From Candidatus Zixiibacteriota bacterium (GTDB lineage: Bacteria; Zixibacteria; MSB-5A5; GN15; FEB-12): a stretch of DNA of 31,864 nt. The stretch is taken from contig JBGSIV010000303.1 of assembly GCA_041742355.1 (NCBI GenBank), positions 1 through 31,864 on the forward strand. The letters run 5' to 3'. Below the pieces are notes generated by a model. That model did not search any database. It saw only the letters and a program-made list of their open reading frames with translations, and was not told the DNA's origin. The position numbers and the translations under genes are program-made. Of this stretch, positions 1 to 8,954 are shown one piece after another; position 1 is the first letter of the stretch; every line of letters begins with the position of its first letter.

Positions 1-63
1 TCGGCGCCCGCCTTGCGCGCCGCCGCCCGGCAGCGCGGTTACCTCATGGCCACCGAGCCGTAG
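1..63 (+). CDS. 3' end of an upstream CDS (partial)
   Basis: Frame 1 is open from the window edge (SAPALRAAARQRGYLMATEP) to TAG at 61-63, with GC-rich third positions. Confidence 0.45.
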   Translation, partial: SAPALRAAARQRGYLMATEP

Positions 64-78
64 AACCCGTTCCATTCG

Positions 79-106
79 TTGACATCGCGCGCGGAGGACA
101 TTTATT
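79..106 (+). promoter_or_regulatory. sigma70-type promoter, probably giving a leaderless dprA mRNA
   Basis: TTGACA (79-84), 16 nt, TTTATT (101-106); ATG at 113, 6 nt after the -10. Confidence 0.5.
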
Positions 107-112
107 ACCGGT

Positions 113-1018
113 ATGTCTCAAGATCAACCCCACGAACAAACCGTCAAGGTAATGGCCCTGTGCCGCTATGCGGCAGTGGGACCACGGCTCTTCGAACTGC
201 TGATGAACCGATATGGCAGTCTCGATGCGGTCTTCGCCGCCTCAAGCGCCTCGCTGCACGAGATTCCGGGCCTGTCGAACGATGCTGTTGATCGCATTGC
301 CCGGGCCGAGGATTTTCTGCCGAGGGCGAAAGAGGCGGTCGACACCCTGGCCGGGAGGGACATCCGCGTAGTCACGCGGGTAGACACCGACTACCCCGAT
401 CTGCTCAACGAGCTGAATGACCCGCCGCCGCTCCTTTATGTTCGGGGTCGGGTGCCTGCCAACCGCGAACGATCGGTCGCGCTGGTAGGGACAACCGCCG
501 CCACCAATGAGGGGATTGAACTTACGGTGCAGGTTGCCCGGCGTTTTGCCGAGGAAGGGGTGCAGGTTGTTTCGTCGCTGCGCATGGGAATCGATGCCGC
601 CGCGCACCTCGGCGCGCGGGCGATCGAAGGCCATTCGTACGCCGTGACCGACACCGGATTTGACCACCTGCTGTCCACCGACCAAATCCGGGTCGCGGTA
701 GATGCCCTGCACGCGGGCGGAATCATTTCGGAACATCCCCCGGAGGTGGCCGGCAAGCCCGCCGATTACGGTCAGGCCAACCGCCTGCTCGTCGGCCTCG
801 CTCATGCGGTCGTCATCACCGAGGTGTATAAGGAATCGCGCGAGCTGCTCGACCTCGTGGAGTTCTGCGGTCAGATCGGAAAACTTGTGTTCTTCCTGAC
901 GCACCCGGCCGGGGGAGCGCTTGCCGACGAAGAGACGCTCGAAATGCTGGCCGAGAATGGTGTGATTCCGATGAACTGGCCCGACGATTTCGAGAACATT
1001 GTCAAGGCGCTCGTCTGA
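113..1018 (+). CDS. dprA: DprA/Smf family (SLOG fold) DNA-processing protein, divergent motifs, no C-terminal winged-helix extension
   Basis: N-terminal helical/HhH-like region, YPDLL..L.DPPPLLYVRG, VALVGT, MGIDAAAHLGA, IISEHPP, NRLLVGLA..VVITE. Confidence 0.8.
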   Translation: MSQDQPHEQTVKVMALCRYAAVGPRLFELLMNRYGSLDAVFAASSASLHEIPGLSNDAVDRIARAEDFLPRAKEAVDTLAGRDIRVVTRVDTDYPDLLNELNDPPPLLYVRGRVPANRERSVALVGTTAATNEGIELTVQVARRFAEEGVQVVSSLRMGIDAAAHLGARAIEGHSYAVTDTGFDHLLSTDQIRVAVDALHAGGIISEHPPEVAGKPADYGQANRLLVGLAHAVVITEVYKESRELLDLVEFCGQIGKLVFFLTHPAGGALADEETLEMLAENGVIPMNWPDDFENIVKALV

Positions 1019-1024
1019 GGTGTC

Positions 1025-1651
1025 ATGGATGATGTCTACTACACAATCGCGCACCCGGCGCAACACGAGAGCAAGGTGAAGGGCTCGCGCTTCATCGGCG
1101 AGTGCGCCACAGCCGATACGGCCGAAGCCGCGACCGTGTTTCTCGAGGGAATTCGTCGGCGCGAGCACGCGGCCACGCACCACTGCTATGCCTACGCCGT
1201 TGGTTTCGCCGAGCGCGTGCAGTTCAAATACTCCGACGACGGCGAGCCGTCGGGCACCGCCGGCCGGCCTATTTACGATACGATAGTCGGGCGGCAGCTG
1301 TCCAACGCGATCGTGGTGGTCACCCGCTATTTCGGCGGCACCAAACTGGGTACCGGCGGTCTCGTACGGGCCTACAGCGACGCCGCGGGCGGGGTGCTGG
1401 ACGCCGCAGGACGCACCGAACACCACCACGTCGTGCACTTCGACGTGACGGTCAGTTTTCCGCTGTACGATCTCCTTGTTAAGCTGACCCATCACCATGA
1501 GGCCCGGCAGCTGAAAGCCGAGTTCACCGATCGCGTGCGCCTGCTGATTGAGGTCCGGCGCTCGCGGGCTGAAGTACTGCGCAACGATATCATCCAGCTT
1601 TCCGGAGGCAGAGCGACCATTGCCACGGTCGAAGAACAACCCCACGCTTGA
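1025..1651 (+). CDS. yigZ: YigZ/IMPACT family protein
   Basis: KGSRFIG, ATHHCYAY, SDDGEPSGTAG, VVTRYFGGTKLGTGGLVRAY; GAGG SD before ATG. Confidence 0.93.
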   Translation: MDDVYYTIAHPAQHESKVKGSRFIGECATADTAEAATVFLEGIRRREHAATHHCYAYAVGFAERVQFKYSDDGEPSGTAGRPIYDTIVGRQLSNAIVVVTRYFGGTKLGTGGLVRAYSDAAGGVLDAAGRTEHHHVVHFDVTVSFPLYDLLVKLTHHHEARQLKAEFTDRVRLLIEVRRSRAEVLRNDIIQLSGGRATIATVEEQPHA

Positions 1652-2546
1652 CTGCCTCGGGATGGGGATTATCCCGCTGGACTTTCTTGTTTCGATCCCC
1701 TGGTTTCCCGAACTGGGCGGCAAGGTCGATGCGACCAATCTGACTGTGCAGGGGGGCGGCCCTGTCCCCAATGTAATGGTCGGCCTCGCCCGCCTCGGGC
1801 TGCAGACCGCGGTCATCGCCGTGGTCGGAGATGATCTGGCCGGGCGCGTATCGATCGAAGAGCTGAAGGCCGATGGCGTGAATACACAGTATGTCATCGT
1901 GAAGAAAGCGAAGCAGTCCGCTTCGGCGTACGGGTTCATCGAGCCCGACGGTCGCCGGACGATCGCGCTGCACCGGCCGATTGCTATCGAACCGCGCGAT
2001 CTCCGCCTCGCGCAGTATGCCGTGCCCAAGGTGCTCCATCTCGATGGCCGCGATATCGACGCCACGGTCAAGATGGCGCGTTGGGGGCGGAGGGGAGGCG
2101 CGACGGTGACATTTGACATCGGCTCGACGCGCAATGACATCACCCCGGCATTGCCGTACATCGATCACCTCGTGGTGGCCGATGCGTGGGCTTTCCCCTA
2201 CACCGGGAAGCGAGAGGTTCGACCGGCACTCGAGAAGCTCGCGAAGATTACCGGGGGGACAGTTGTGATCACTGAAGGGATCAAAGGCGCCACCGGGCTG
2301 GAAGAGGGATGTTTCTTCCGCCACCCCGCGTACCGCATCACGGTGGTCGACACAACCGGCGCGGGGGATGCCTTTCATGTCGGCTACATCTACGGTCTTC
2401 TCCGCGGAGCGGACATGGCCGAACGCCTAAGACTGGGCAACGCGGTAGCGGCGCTCAAGTGCGGCGTGCCGGGCGCGCGGGGAGGAATGCCCACCCTCAC
2501 CAGCCTCCGCCGTTTCCTCCAACGACCGCCGGTGACATATGCTTGA
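1620..2546 (+). CDS. PfkB/ribokinase family carbohydrate kinase
   Basis: GGGPVPN..VGLARLG, VGDD..G, VVDTTGAGDAF anion-hole motif; start placed at TTG 1620 (GGAGG upstream), overlapping the yigZ end. Confidence 0.88.
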   Translation: MPRSKNNPTLDCLGMGIIPLDFLVSIPWFPELGGKVDATNLTVQGGGPVPNVMVGLARLGLQTAVIAVVGDDLAGRVSIEELKADGVNTQYVIVKKAKQSASAYGFIEPDGRRTIALHRPIAIEPRDLRLAQYAVPKVLHLDGRDIDATVKMARWGRRGGATVTFDIGSTRNDITPALPYIDHLVVADAWAFPYTGKREVRPALEKLAKITGGTVVITEGIKGATGLEEGCFFRHPAYRITVVDTTGAGDAFHVGYIYGLLRGADMAERLRLGNAVAALKCGVPGARGGMPTLTSLRRFLQRPPVTYA

Positions 2547-3141
2547 GATGCTGAACGGCCTCGATGAGGCCCTTTTCCTGTTTATCAACGTGACCCTGGC
2601 CAACCCGGTCACCGACCTGGTCATGCCGATTGTCACGGCCGATCTCTACCTGCGTATACTCTACGGCGCGGCGATGATCCTTCTCCTGGTCAAGGGGAGT
2701 CCGCGGCTGCGCTGGCTGGTGCTTTTCTCGGTAGTCGTCCTGGTGTTCACCGACCAGTTGGCCTCGTCGTTTCTCAAGCCGCTTCTTGCTCGTCCGAGAC
2801 CGTGTCATGTGCTGGGCGACATCCACCTGCTGGTCGGGTGTGGCGGCGGGAAATCGATGCCCTCGTCGCATGCCGCCAATGCTTTTGGTCAGGCGGCCCT
2901 GTTTTCGCTGTGCGTGCGCCGTATCAAATGGTACTTCTGGGCTTTTGGTGCCGTGGTGGCGATCAGCCGGGTCTTTGTCGGTGTGCACTATCCTGGAGAT
3001 ATTCTGGCCGGAGCGCTCCTCGGAACGACGGTGGGTGTGGCAGTAACCTTCTCTTTTGAGCAGTTCGAAACACGGCTGCTGAAGCCGAAGCCGAGAGCGA
3101 CTCCTGAACCGCTGGATCTTGAGCCCGTGGAGAAGGAGTGA
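2539..3141 (+). CDS. PAP2 family membrane phosphatase
   Basis: K-x6-RP, PSSH and SR-x5-H-x3-D motifs with transmembrane segments. Confidence 0.92.
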   Translation: MLEMLNGLDEALFLFINVTLANPVTDLVMPIVTADLYLRILYGAAMILLLVKGSPRLRWLVLFSVVVLVFTDQLASSFLKPLLARPRPCHVLGDIHLLVGCGGGKSMPSSHAANAFGQAALFSLCVRRIKWYFWAFGAVVAISRVFVGVHYPGDILAGALLGTTVGVAVTFSFEQFETRLLKPKPRATPEPLDLEPVEKE

Positions 3142-3148
3142 GGGGAGT

Positions 3149-3670
3149 ATGGTCGAGGGTGCCGAATATAAAATCGAAATCGTTCGCGGAGACATCACTA
3201 AAGCCGATGCCGAGGCGATAGTCAACGCTGCCAACAACCATTTCTGGATGGGATCCGGTGTGGCCGGTGCGATCAAGGCGGCAGGCGGGGATTCCATAGA
3301 AGAAGAAGCCAGGCTCAAGGGGCCGGTGGTGCCGGGGCAGGCGATCTTCACCACTGCCGGACGGCTGCGCTACAAGTATGTTATTCACGCCGCGGTGATG
3401 GGGCAGGATCTGCAGACCAACGACCGCTTCATCCGGCAGGCGACCATTGCCAGCCTCACTCTTTCCGAGCGCCTCAAGCTTGGGTCGATCGCGGTGCCGG
3501 CCTTCGGCACCGGGGTGGGGGGATTTCCGATGACCGCCTGCGCCAATATCATGGTCAAAGCGGCGCGCGGGTTCAAGACCGAGGCCAAAACTCTGCGTCG
3601 GGTGGTCTTCTGCCTCTACGATGAACTGGGGTATAAGGCGTTTGAAAAGGCTGCACAGGCTCATTTCTGA
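3149..3670 (+). CDS. Macro domain (ADP-ribose binding/hydrolase) protein
   Basis: GDIT, IVNAAN, GSGVAGAI, VIHA, PAFGTGVGG; start at ATG 3149 after GGAG. Confidence 0.92.
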   Translation: MVEGAEYKIEIVRGDITKADAEAIVNAANNHFWMGSGVAGAIKAAGGDSIEEEARLKGPVVPGQAIFTTAGRLRYKYVIHAAVMGQDLQTNDRFIRQATIASLTLSERLKLGSIAVPAFGTGVGGFPMTACANIMVKAARGFKTEAKTLRRVVFCLYDELGYKAFEKAAQAHF

Positions 3671-3687
3671 GCTGTGGCCGACCGCTG

Positions 3688-4266
3688 CTATCGGATCTTG
3701 AACTTGATGCGTCCCTCGAAGCCGATCCGATCTCCCTTGATGTTCTCCCAGAACGCGTCTTCGAATGTGCCGAAGAGGCTGCCCGATTTGACCGAATCGA
3801 TAATGAACGACCCGGCGCTGCCCACCGGCAGGTAGGTCTTGTCGATCTGGGGAATCTCGTAGAATTTCATCAGGCGCACGACCGAATTTCCGGCGAGCGG
3901 CACCGTGTCCGTTGCCGCTATCGGTGCGGGCGGCAGCTGGAGGTAGATGCGGTACTTGAGGTACTGGTCGAATCCGAGAGCGATGTTGGCGGCTCCCTGC
4001 TCGATCGGTTCGCCGCGCATTCCCAGCGATATGACCACCGTGCTCCGGTCGCCGGCCACTACCCAGGGTGTGCCGTTCGGATCGCTGAGCTTCGTGTCGG
4101 GAGCATACGATGTCTCCTCGACATCGATCTTCGCCCGCCCGGCCTGCTCCCGGTCGCGGACCAGCCAGAGGTTCATGGTGTAGCGGCTGGTGCAGCCGAC
4201 GGGGAGGACTGCGAGGATACCCAGAAGGGCCGCCAGCCACGAAGCACACTTTGCATGGATCTTCAT
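3688..4266 (-). CDS. Hypothetical lipoprotein
   Basis: Start at ATG 4266: MKIHAK, hydrophobic stretch, lipobox-like LPVG-C; beta-rich mature part. Confidence 0.7.
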   Translation of the reverse strand: MKIHAKCASWLAALLGILAVLPVGCTSRYTMNLWLVRDREQAGRAKIDVEETSYAPDTKLSDPNGTPWVVAGDRSTVVISLGMRGEPIEQGAANIALGFDQYLKYRIYLQLPPAPIAATDTVPLAGNSVVRLMKFYEIPQIDKTYLPVGSAGSFIIDSVKSGSLFGTFEDAFWENIKGDRIGFEGRIKFKIR

Positions 4267-4272
4267 GCTCGT

Positions 4273-4301
4273 AGTATACGATCGGTAGATCTTCAGGTCA
4301 A
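4273..4301 (-). promoter_or_regulatory. sigma70 promoter for a leaderless lipoprotein mRNA
   Basis: TTGACC-17 nt-TATACT, then 6 nt to ATG; no SD. Confidence 0.7.
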
Positions 4302-4330
4302 TTATCGTCGGGAAGTATTTATCGGCCCGC

Positions 4331-5458
4331 CTACAGAGGCATCTCGACAATGCGGTAGCGCTTGTAGATTTCCCCGCCGATCGATTCGGCGGCGCTGCGC
4401 ATGAGGGCGTTGGTTTCAAGAATCCACGACATCTCCCCCCAGTGGTACCCCTTCTTCGGCCCCCGTTCGAATACCTCGGCATAGAGCATCATGTCGATGC
4501 CGCGTTTTTGGAATTCCGGGACCACGCCCATCGTGAGAATCCGGGCGCCGTTGATCTTGTTGCGGACCTTGGTATGCCAGAGGAGTTTGATCAGGCCGAA
4601 TGGGAAGAGGCGGCCGTTGAGGCGGATGAGCGCCTGGTTGATGTCGGGCAACCCGAGAATAAAGGCGACGGGGCGACTCTCGTGCTCGACGATGAGGGCC
4701 AGATCGGGGTCGACTACCTGTTTGAGGTTCCGGGCTGTGTGGCGGAACTCATCCTCGGTCATGGGGACGAACCCCCAGTTGTTCTGCCAGGCCTGATTGT
4801 AAATGTCCTTGACTCGCTGCACCTCGTTGGCGAAATCGCGCACGTTGATCGGGCGGACAGTCAACTGATTGCGCTGCTTGAGCTTTTCGATTACCGTCCG
4901 CACCCGTTCGGGCAGCGGTTTCGCGTCGGTGATCTTGTACGCCAGCAGGTCCATGGTCTTCTTCAGGCCGAATTTGCCGGCGATGGCGGGCAGGTACGGT
5001 TTGTTGTACGGCATCATGATCCGTGGGGGGTCGTCAAATCCCTCCACCAGAAACCCGATCTCGTGGTTGGTCGAGAAGTTCATCGGCCCGCGCATCTTCT
5101 CGGCCCCCTGCTTTTTGAGCGTGATCATCGCCACTTTCAGAAGCAGCGAGCCGATCTCGTAGTTGTCGGGGCAGTCGAAAAAGCCGAAGAAGCCGGCCTG
5201 TTCGCCGTGAAATTCGTTGTGGGCGAAGTTGATGCAGGTGGCGATCCGCCCCACCACTTCGTCGCCGTCCATAGCCAGGAACAGGGTCACACGGGCCGCT
5301 TTGTAGAATGGGTTCTTCTCGAAATCAAAGAACTCGAGGCGTTCGGACAGGAGGGGAGTAACGTAATTGGGATCCCCCTGGTACAGCCGATTCGGATACG
5401 TGATGAATTCGCGCAACCGCGAGCGCGACTCGACCTCTACGACCTGGATGTTCGGCAT
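4331..5458 (-). CDS. GNAT-fold N-acyltransferase, bacterial ceramide synthase (bCerS)-like family
   Basis: 375 aa with VGRIA, GFFGFFDC, RGPMNFSTNHEIG.LVEGF, MMPYNKPY, NWGFVP, GVVPEFQKRG, SWILETN; directly downstream of the SPT-like gene. Confidence 0.75.
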   Translation of the reverse strand: MPNIQVVEVESRSRLREFITYPNRLYQGDPNYVTPLLSERLEFFDFEKNPFYKAARVTLFLAMDGDEVVGRIATCINFAHNEFHGEQAGFFGFFDCPDNYEIGSLLLKVAMITLKKQGAEKMRGPMNFSTNHEIGFLVEGFDDPPRIMMPYNKPYLPAIAGKFGLKKTMDLLAYKITDAKPLPERVRTVIEKLKQRNQLTVRPINVRDFANEVQRVKDIYNQAWQNNWGFVPMTEDEFRHTARNLKQVVDPDLALIVEHESRPVAFILGLPDINQALIRLNGRLFPFGLIKLLWHTKVRNKINGARILTMGVVPEFQKRGIDMMLYAEVFERGPKKGYHWGEMSWILETNALMRSAAESIGGEIYKRYRIVEMPL

Positions 5459-5465
5459 ACCTGCC

Positions 5466-6695
5466 TTATGAAATCAGACCTTTGGCGCGACCGACCTTGG
5501 CCATCACCTCAACCACCCGGTCAAGCTGCTCGTCGGTATGGGTGGCCGTATAAGATGTCCGGATCATCGCGTGTCCCGGCGGTACTGCCGGTTGAATGAC
5601 CGGGTTGGTGAACACGCCCTCGTCGAACAGGGCTTTCCAGAAGGCGAACGCATCGAGATCCTCGCCGACCACGATCGGCACGATTGGCGTCTGGGTCCGC
5701 CCGATGTTGAACCCGAGATCGCGGAATTCCCTCTGCATGCGCCGGGCGTTCTTCCAGAGGTTTTCCCGGCGTTCCGGTTCCGCCTCGATAATGTCCAGTG
5801 CGGCCAGGACGGCCGCGGCGTTCGACGGCGGAATCGAGGCCGAGAAGATGAGCGCCCGCGCCCGATGTTTGATGTAGTTGATTACTTCCCATTCGGCGGC
5901 GACGACGCCGCCAAGGGACGCGAATGATTTGGAGAAGGTTGCCATGGTCACATCGACCTTGTCGATCAGGCCGAAGTGTTCGGCTGTGCCGGCGCCGGTT
6001 TCGCCGAGGACGCCGACCGAATGGGCATCATCGACAAACACGCGCGCATTGTATTTCTGCGCAATCGCCACAAGCCGCGGGAGGTCGATAATGTCCCCCT
6101 CCATGGAAAACACGCCGTCGACCACCACCAGCACGCCGCCTCGGGTGATTTTGGAGCGGACCCGGGCAAGCACTCGGTCGAGGTCTTCCATGTTGTTGTG
6201 CGCGAACTTGAATATCTCGCCGAACGACAGCCGGGTGCCGTCGACAATGCTGGCATGGTCGGCCCGGTCGATGACGATCGCATCGTTCTTCCCCACCAAG
6301 GTCGAAATCGCGCCGAGGTTGGTTTGGAACCCGGTGGAGAAGACCAGCGCCGCCGGGCGTTTCATAAACCGGGCTAACCGCTCTTCCAGTTTGACATGCA
6401 GATCAAGGGTACCGTTGAGAAAACGTGAACCGGTGCATCCCGAGCCGTACTTGCGCGCCGCTTCGGCCGCGGCCTCTTTGACCTTCGGGTGGTCGACCAA
6501 TCCGAGGTAGTTGTTGGAGCCCACCATGATACAATTGTGCCCGCCGACCACAACCTCATTGCCGGGAGCAGACTGGAGAGGGTGGAAATAGGGATAGATC
6601 CCCATGGCCTGGACCTTCTGAGGGTCATCGTACGCGAAGCACTTCTCGAACAGGTCGGGGTAGGTGGTCACCGTGGCCTCGTCTTTGGCTGGCAA
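5466..6695 (-). CDS. spt: PLP-dependent alpha-oxoamine synthase, most like serine palmitoyltransferase
   Basis: IYPYF, GSNNYLGL, GSRFLNGT, STGFQ, DHASI, DGVFSMEGD, DDAH, TFSKS (PLP Lys); start placed at TTG 6695 after AAGGAG. Confidence 0.75.
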   Translation of the reverse strand: MPAKDEATVTTYPDLFEKCFAYDDPQKVQAMGIYPYFHPLQSAPGNEVVVGGHNCIMVGSNNYLGLVDHPKVKEAAAEAARKYGSGCTGSRFLNGTLDLHVKLEERLARFMKRPAALVFSTGFQTNLGAISTLVGKNDAIVIDRADHASIVDGTRLSFGEIFKFAHNNMEDLDRVLARVRSKITRGGVLVVVDGVFSMEGDIIDLPRLVAIAQKYNARVFVDDAHSVGVLGETGAGTAEHFGLIDKVDVTMATFSKSFASLGGVVAAEWEVINYIKHRARALIFSASIPPSNAAAVLAALDIIEAEPERRENLWKNARRMQREFRDLGFNIGRTQTPIVPIVVGEDLDAFAFWKALFDEGVFTNPVIQPAVPPGHAMIRTSYTATHTDEQLDRVVEVMAKVGRAKGLIS

Positions 6696-6891
6696 ATCTG
6701 CTCCTTTGCAGCGGTTGGCGTCCTTGTCACAAACCGTGAAAAAAACAGGTTTTTGTGGCAAAAGTCAAGACAATAGGAAAAGCGTGCCGGGTGGGCGCGT
6801 CGCCCCCGGCGAATGTCGTCTCCGTCAGGCAGGCGGCGAAGTAGCGAACGCCGGGTCGACATCGGGAGCCGAACGGCCATGTCTCCACACG

Positions 6892-6921
6892 AAAACGGCG
6901 AGGCCGAAGGGCCTCGCCGTT
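6892..6921 (-). terminator. Intrinsic terminator after serC
   Basis: Stem AACGGCGAGGCC/GGCCTCGCCGTT followed by T run on the - strand. Confidence 0.8.
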
Positions 6922-6945
6922 GTATCATGCTGACCGGATTACCGG

Positions 6946-8028
6946 CTAGTTGTTCTTCTTGAACGTCTCCATAAACGCCACCAGCTTATCGATTCCCTCA
7001 AGCGGCAGCGCATTGTACGCCGAGACGCGAACCCCACCGACACTCCGGTGCCCCTTCAGGCCGATAAACCCCTGCGCTTTCGCCTCGCTGATGAACTTCT
7101 TCTCGAGGTCCTCGCTCGGCAGGCGCAGGTTGATGTTCATCCACGAGCGGCTCTCCCTGTCGCAGTGGCCGCGGTAGTAGTCCGGGTACAGATCCATGAT
7201 CTGGTAGACCCGTTCTTTCTTGGCGCAGTTGACCTTCTCGATCGCGGCAATGCCGCCCATCTTCTTGATCCACTCGAAGACCAGCTTCACGACGTACACC
7301 GCGAAGACCGGCGGCGTGTTGTACAGCGACTTCTCGTCGGCGTACGTGCCGTACTTGAACATGGTCGGCAGGTCCTGTTTTGCCGTCTTAAGCAGGCTGT
7401 CTTTGAGCATGACCAGGGTCGCCCCGGCCGGGCCGATGTTCTTCTGCGCCCCGGCGTAGATCATGTCGAACTTCTTGAAGTCGAGCACGCGCGAGGCGAT
7501 GTCCGATGACATGTCGGCGATCAGCGGCAGCCCCTTGCTGTCCGGAATGTACTGGAACTGCGTGCCGTAAATCGTGTTGTTGGTCGTCATGTGCAGGTAG
7601 GCGGCCCCGGCCGGAATATCCAGCTCCGTCTGAGTCGGGATGTGCTTGTAGCCGCCTTCTTTGCCGGAGTAGCAGATATGCGCCTTGCCGACAATCTTGG
7701 CCTCCTTGGCCGCCTTGTTCGCCCACGACCCGGTGTCGATATAGGCGCCCGTCTTCCCGTTGAGGAAATTGAGCGGGATATAAGCGAATTGACTCGATGC
7801 CCCGCCGGTCATGAACAGGATGTGGTAGTCGTCGGTCAGTCCGAAGATTTCGCGGGCCAGGGCGATTGCCTGGTCGTTGATCTCGGTGTATTCGGCCGCG
7901 CGGTGGGAGCTTTCGAGGATCGACATGCCCGTGCCGCGATAATCCAGGAGTTCCTTCTGGACTATCTCGAGGACTTCCTGCGGAAGAACCGCCGGGCCGG
8001 GATTGAAGTTGTAGACTCTGCGAGTCAT
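6946..8028 (-). CDS. serC: Phosphoserine aminotransferase
   Basis: YNFNPGPAVLP, SHR, GGASSQF, TGSW, NNTIYG, ADMSS, YAGAQKNIGPAG, LYNTPP, GHRSVGG.R.S.YNA. Confidence 0.97.
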   Translation of the reverse strand: MTRRVYNFNPGPAVLPQEVLEIVQKELLDYRGTGMSILESSHRAAEYTEINDQAIALAREIFGLTDDYHILFMTGGASSQFAYIPLNFLNGKTGAYIDTGSWANKAAKEAKIVGKAHICYSGKEGGYKHIPTQTELDIPAGAAYLHMTTNNTIYGTQFQYIPDSKGLPLIADMSSDIASRVLDFKKFDMIYAGAQKNIGPAGATLVMLKDSLLKTAKQDLPTMFKYGTYADEKSLYNTPPVFAVYVVKLVFEWIKKMGGIAAIEKVNCAKKERVYQIMDLYPDYYRGHCDRESRSWMNINLRLPSEDLEKKFISEAKAQGFIGLKGHRSVGGVRVSAYNALPLEGIDKLVAFMETFKKNN

Positions 8029-8040
8029 TGGAGGACCTCC

Positions 8041-8934
8041 CTATGCCGTTTGTTTTACCGTGGTCTTGACGTAGTCGCCGATGAGCCGTTCGACGATCAC
8101 GCCGATGCGCATCATGTTCTCTTTCGTCGACGCCCCGAGGTGCGGGGCGAGGATCGTGTTCGGCGCCGTGATGAGCGGCGAACTTTCCGGCGGGTCGGAA
8201 TACCAAACGTCGGTGGCGAACCCGGCCAGCTTGCCGCTCTTGAGCGCCTCGACGACGTCTTCCTCCACCACGCACTTGCCGCGGCCGGTGTTAATCAGGA
8301 AAGCGCCGTCCTTGAACATTTTCAGCGTGTTCTTGTTGATGATCCCTTTGGTCGCGGATACGAGTGGCATGTGCAGCGAGATGTAGTCGGAGCGCTCCAG
8401 CACCTCTTCCATGGTCGGGCAGATTTCGGCCCAGTCGGTGAAGTGCACGTCAGGGTGCCAGCCAAGGACCTTCATCTGAAACGCCCGGGCGCGCACTGCC
8501 AGCGCCAGACCGATCCGGCCGAGGCCGAGGATCCCGAGGGTCTTGCCGTACAGCTCGGTCCGCTCGAGTTCCTTCTTCAGCCATTTGCCTTCGCGCATCG
8601 AGGCGTCGGCCATCGGAATGTGATTCGGCAGCGCGATCATCAGAGCGAACGCCAGCTCGGCCACAGCCGTGGTCGAGGCATCGGCCGTGTTGTCAACCTT
8701 GATGCCCTTCTTGCAGGCGTGCTCGACATCGACGTTGTCAAGGCCGACGCCGCCGCGGATGACGTACTTCAGATTCGGCGCGGAGTCCATGTACTCCTTG
8801 GTCACCTTGGTCTTGCTGCGGATCAGCACGATCTCCGCTTCCGGAAGCCGCGCCTTGTCACTCGTCACCTCCCCGTATTTTGACAAGATGCCGGGCAGGG
8901 TGGCATCGAATGAGTCAGAAATGAGGATCAACAT
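8041..8934 (-). CDS. serA: D-3-phosphoglycerate dehydrogenase / D-2-hydroxyacid dehydrogenase, short form without ACT domain
   Basis: IRSKTKVT, RGGVGLDNVD, AVAELA, GKTLGILGLGRIG, INTGRG, PHLGAST.E; start ATG 8934 after AAGGA; adjacent to serC. Confidence 0.85.
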   Translation of the reverse strand: MLILISDSFDATLPGILSKYGEVTSDKARLPEAEIVLIRSKTKVTKEYMDSAPNLKYVIRGGVGLDNVDVEHACKKGIKVDNTADASTTAVAELAFALMIALPNHIPMADASMREGKWLKKELERTELYGKTLGILGLGRIGLALAVRARAFQMKVLGWHPDVHFTDWAEICPTMEEVLERSDYISLHMPLVSATKGIINKNTLKMFKDGAFLINTGRGKCVVEEDVVEALKSGKLAGFATDVWYSDPPESSPLITAPNTILAPHLGASTKENMMRIGVIVERLIGDYVKTTVKQTA

Positions 8935-8954
8935 AGCGGAAGTCCTTTCATTCA

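Noticed and set aside
242..2161. Long antisense or alternate-frame ORFs (e.g. 242-2161, 2963-4249, 4442-5599, 7591-8883, 27309-28934)
   Set aside because: They shadow well-supported genes on the opposite strand, lack family motifs, and are expected in GC-rich DNA
5466..6695. Annotation as bioF or kbl
   Set aside because: No bio or tdh neighbours; N-terminal YPYF pattern and the adjacent bCerS-like GNAT favour SPT, though only phylogeny can settle it
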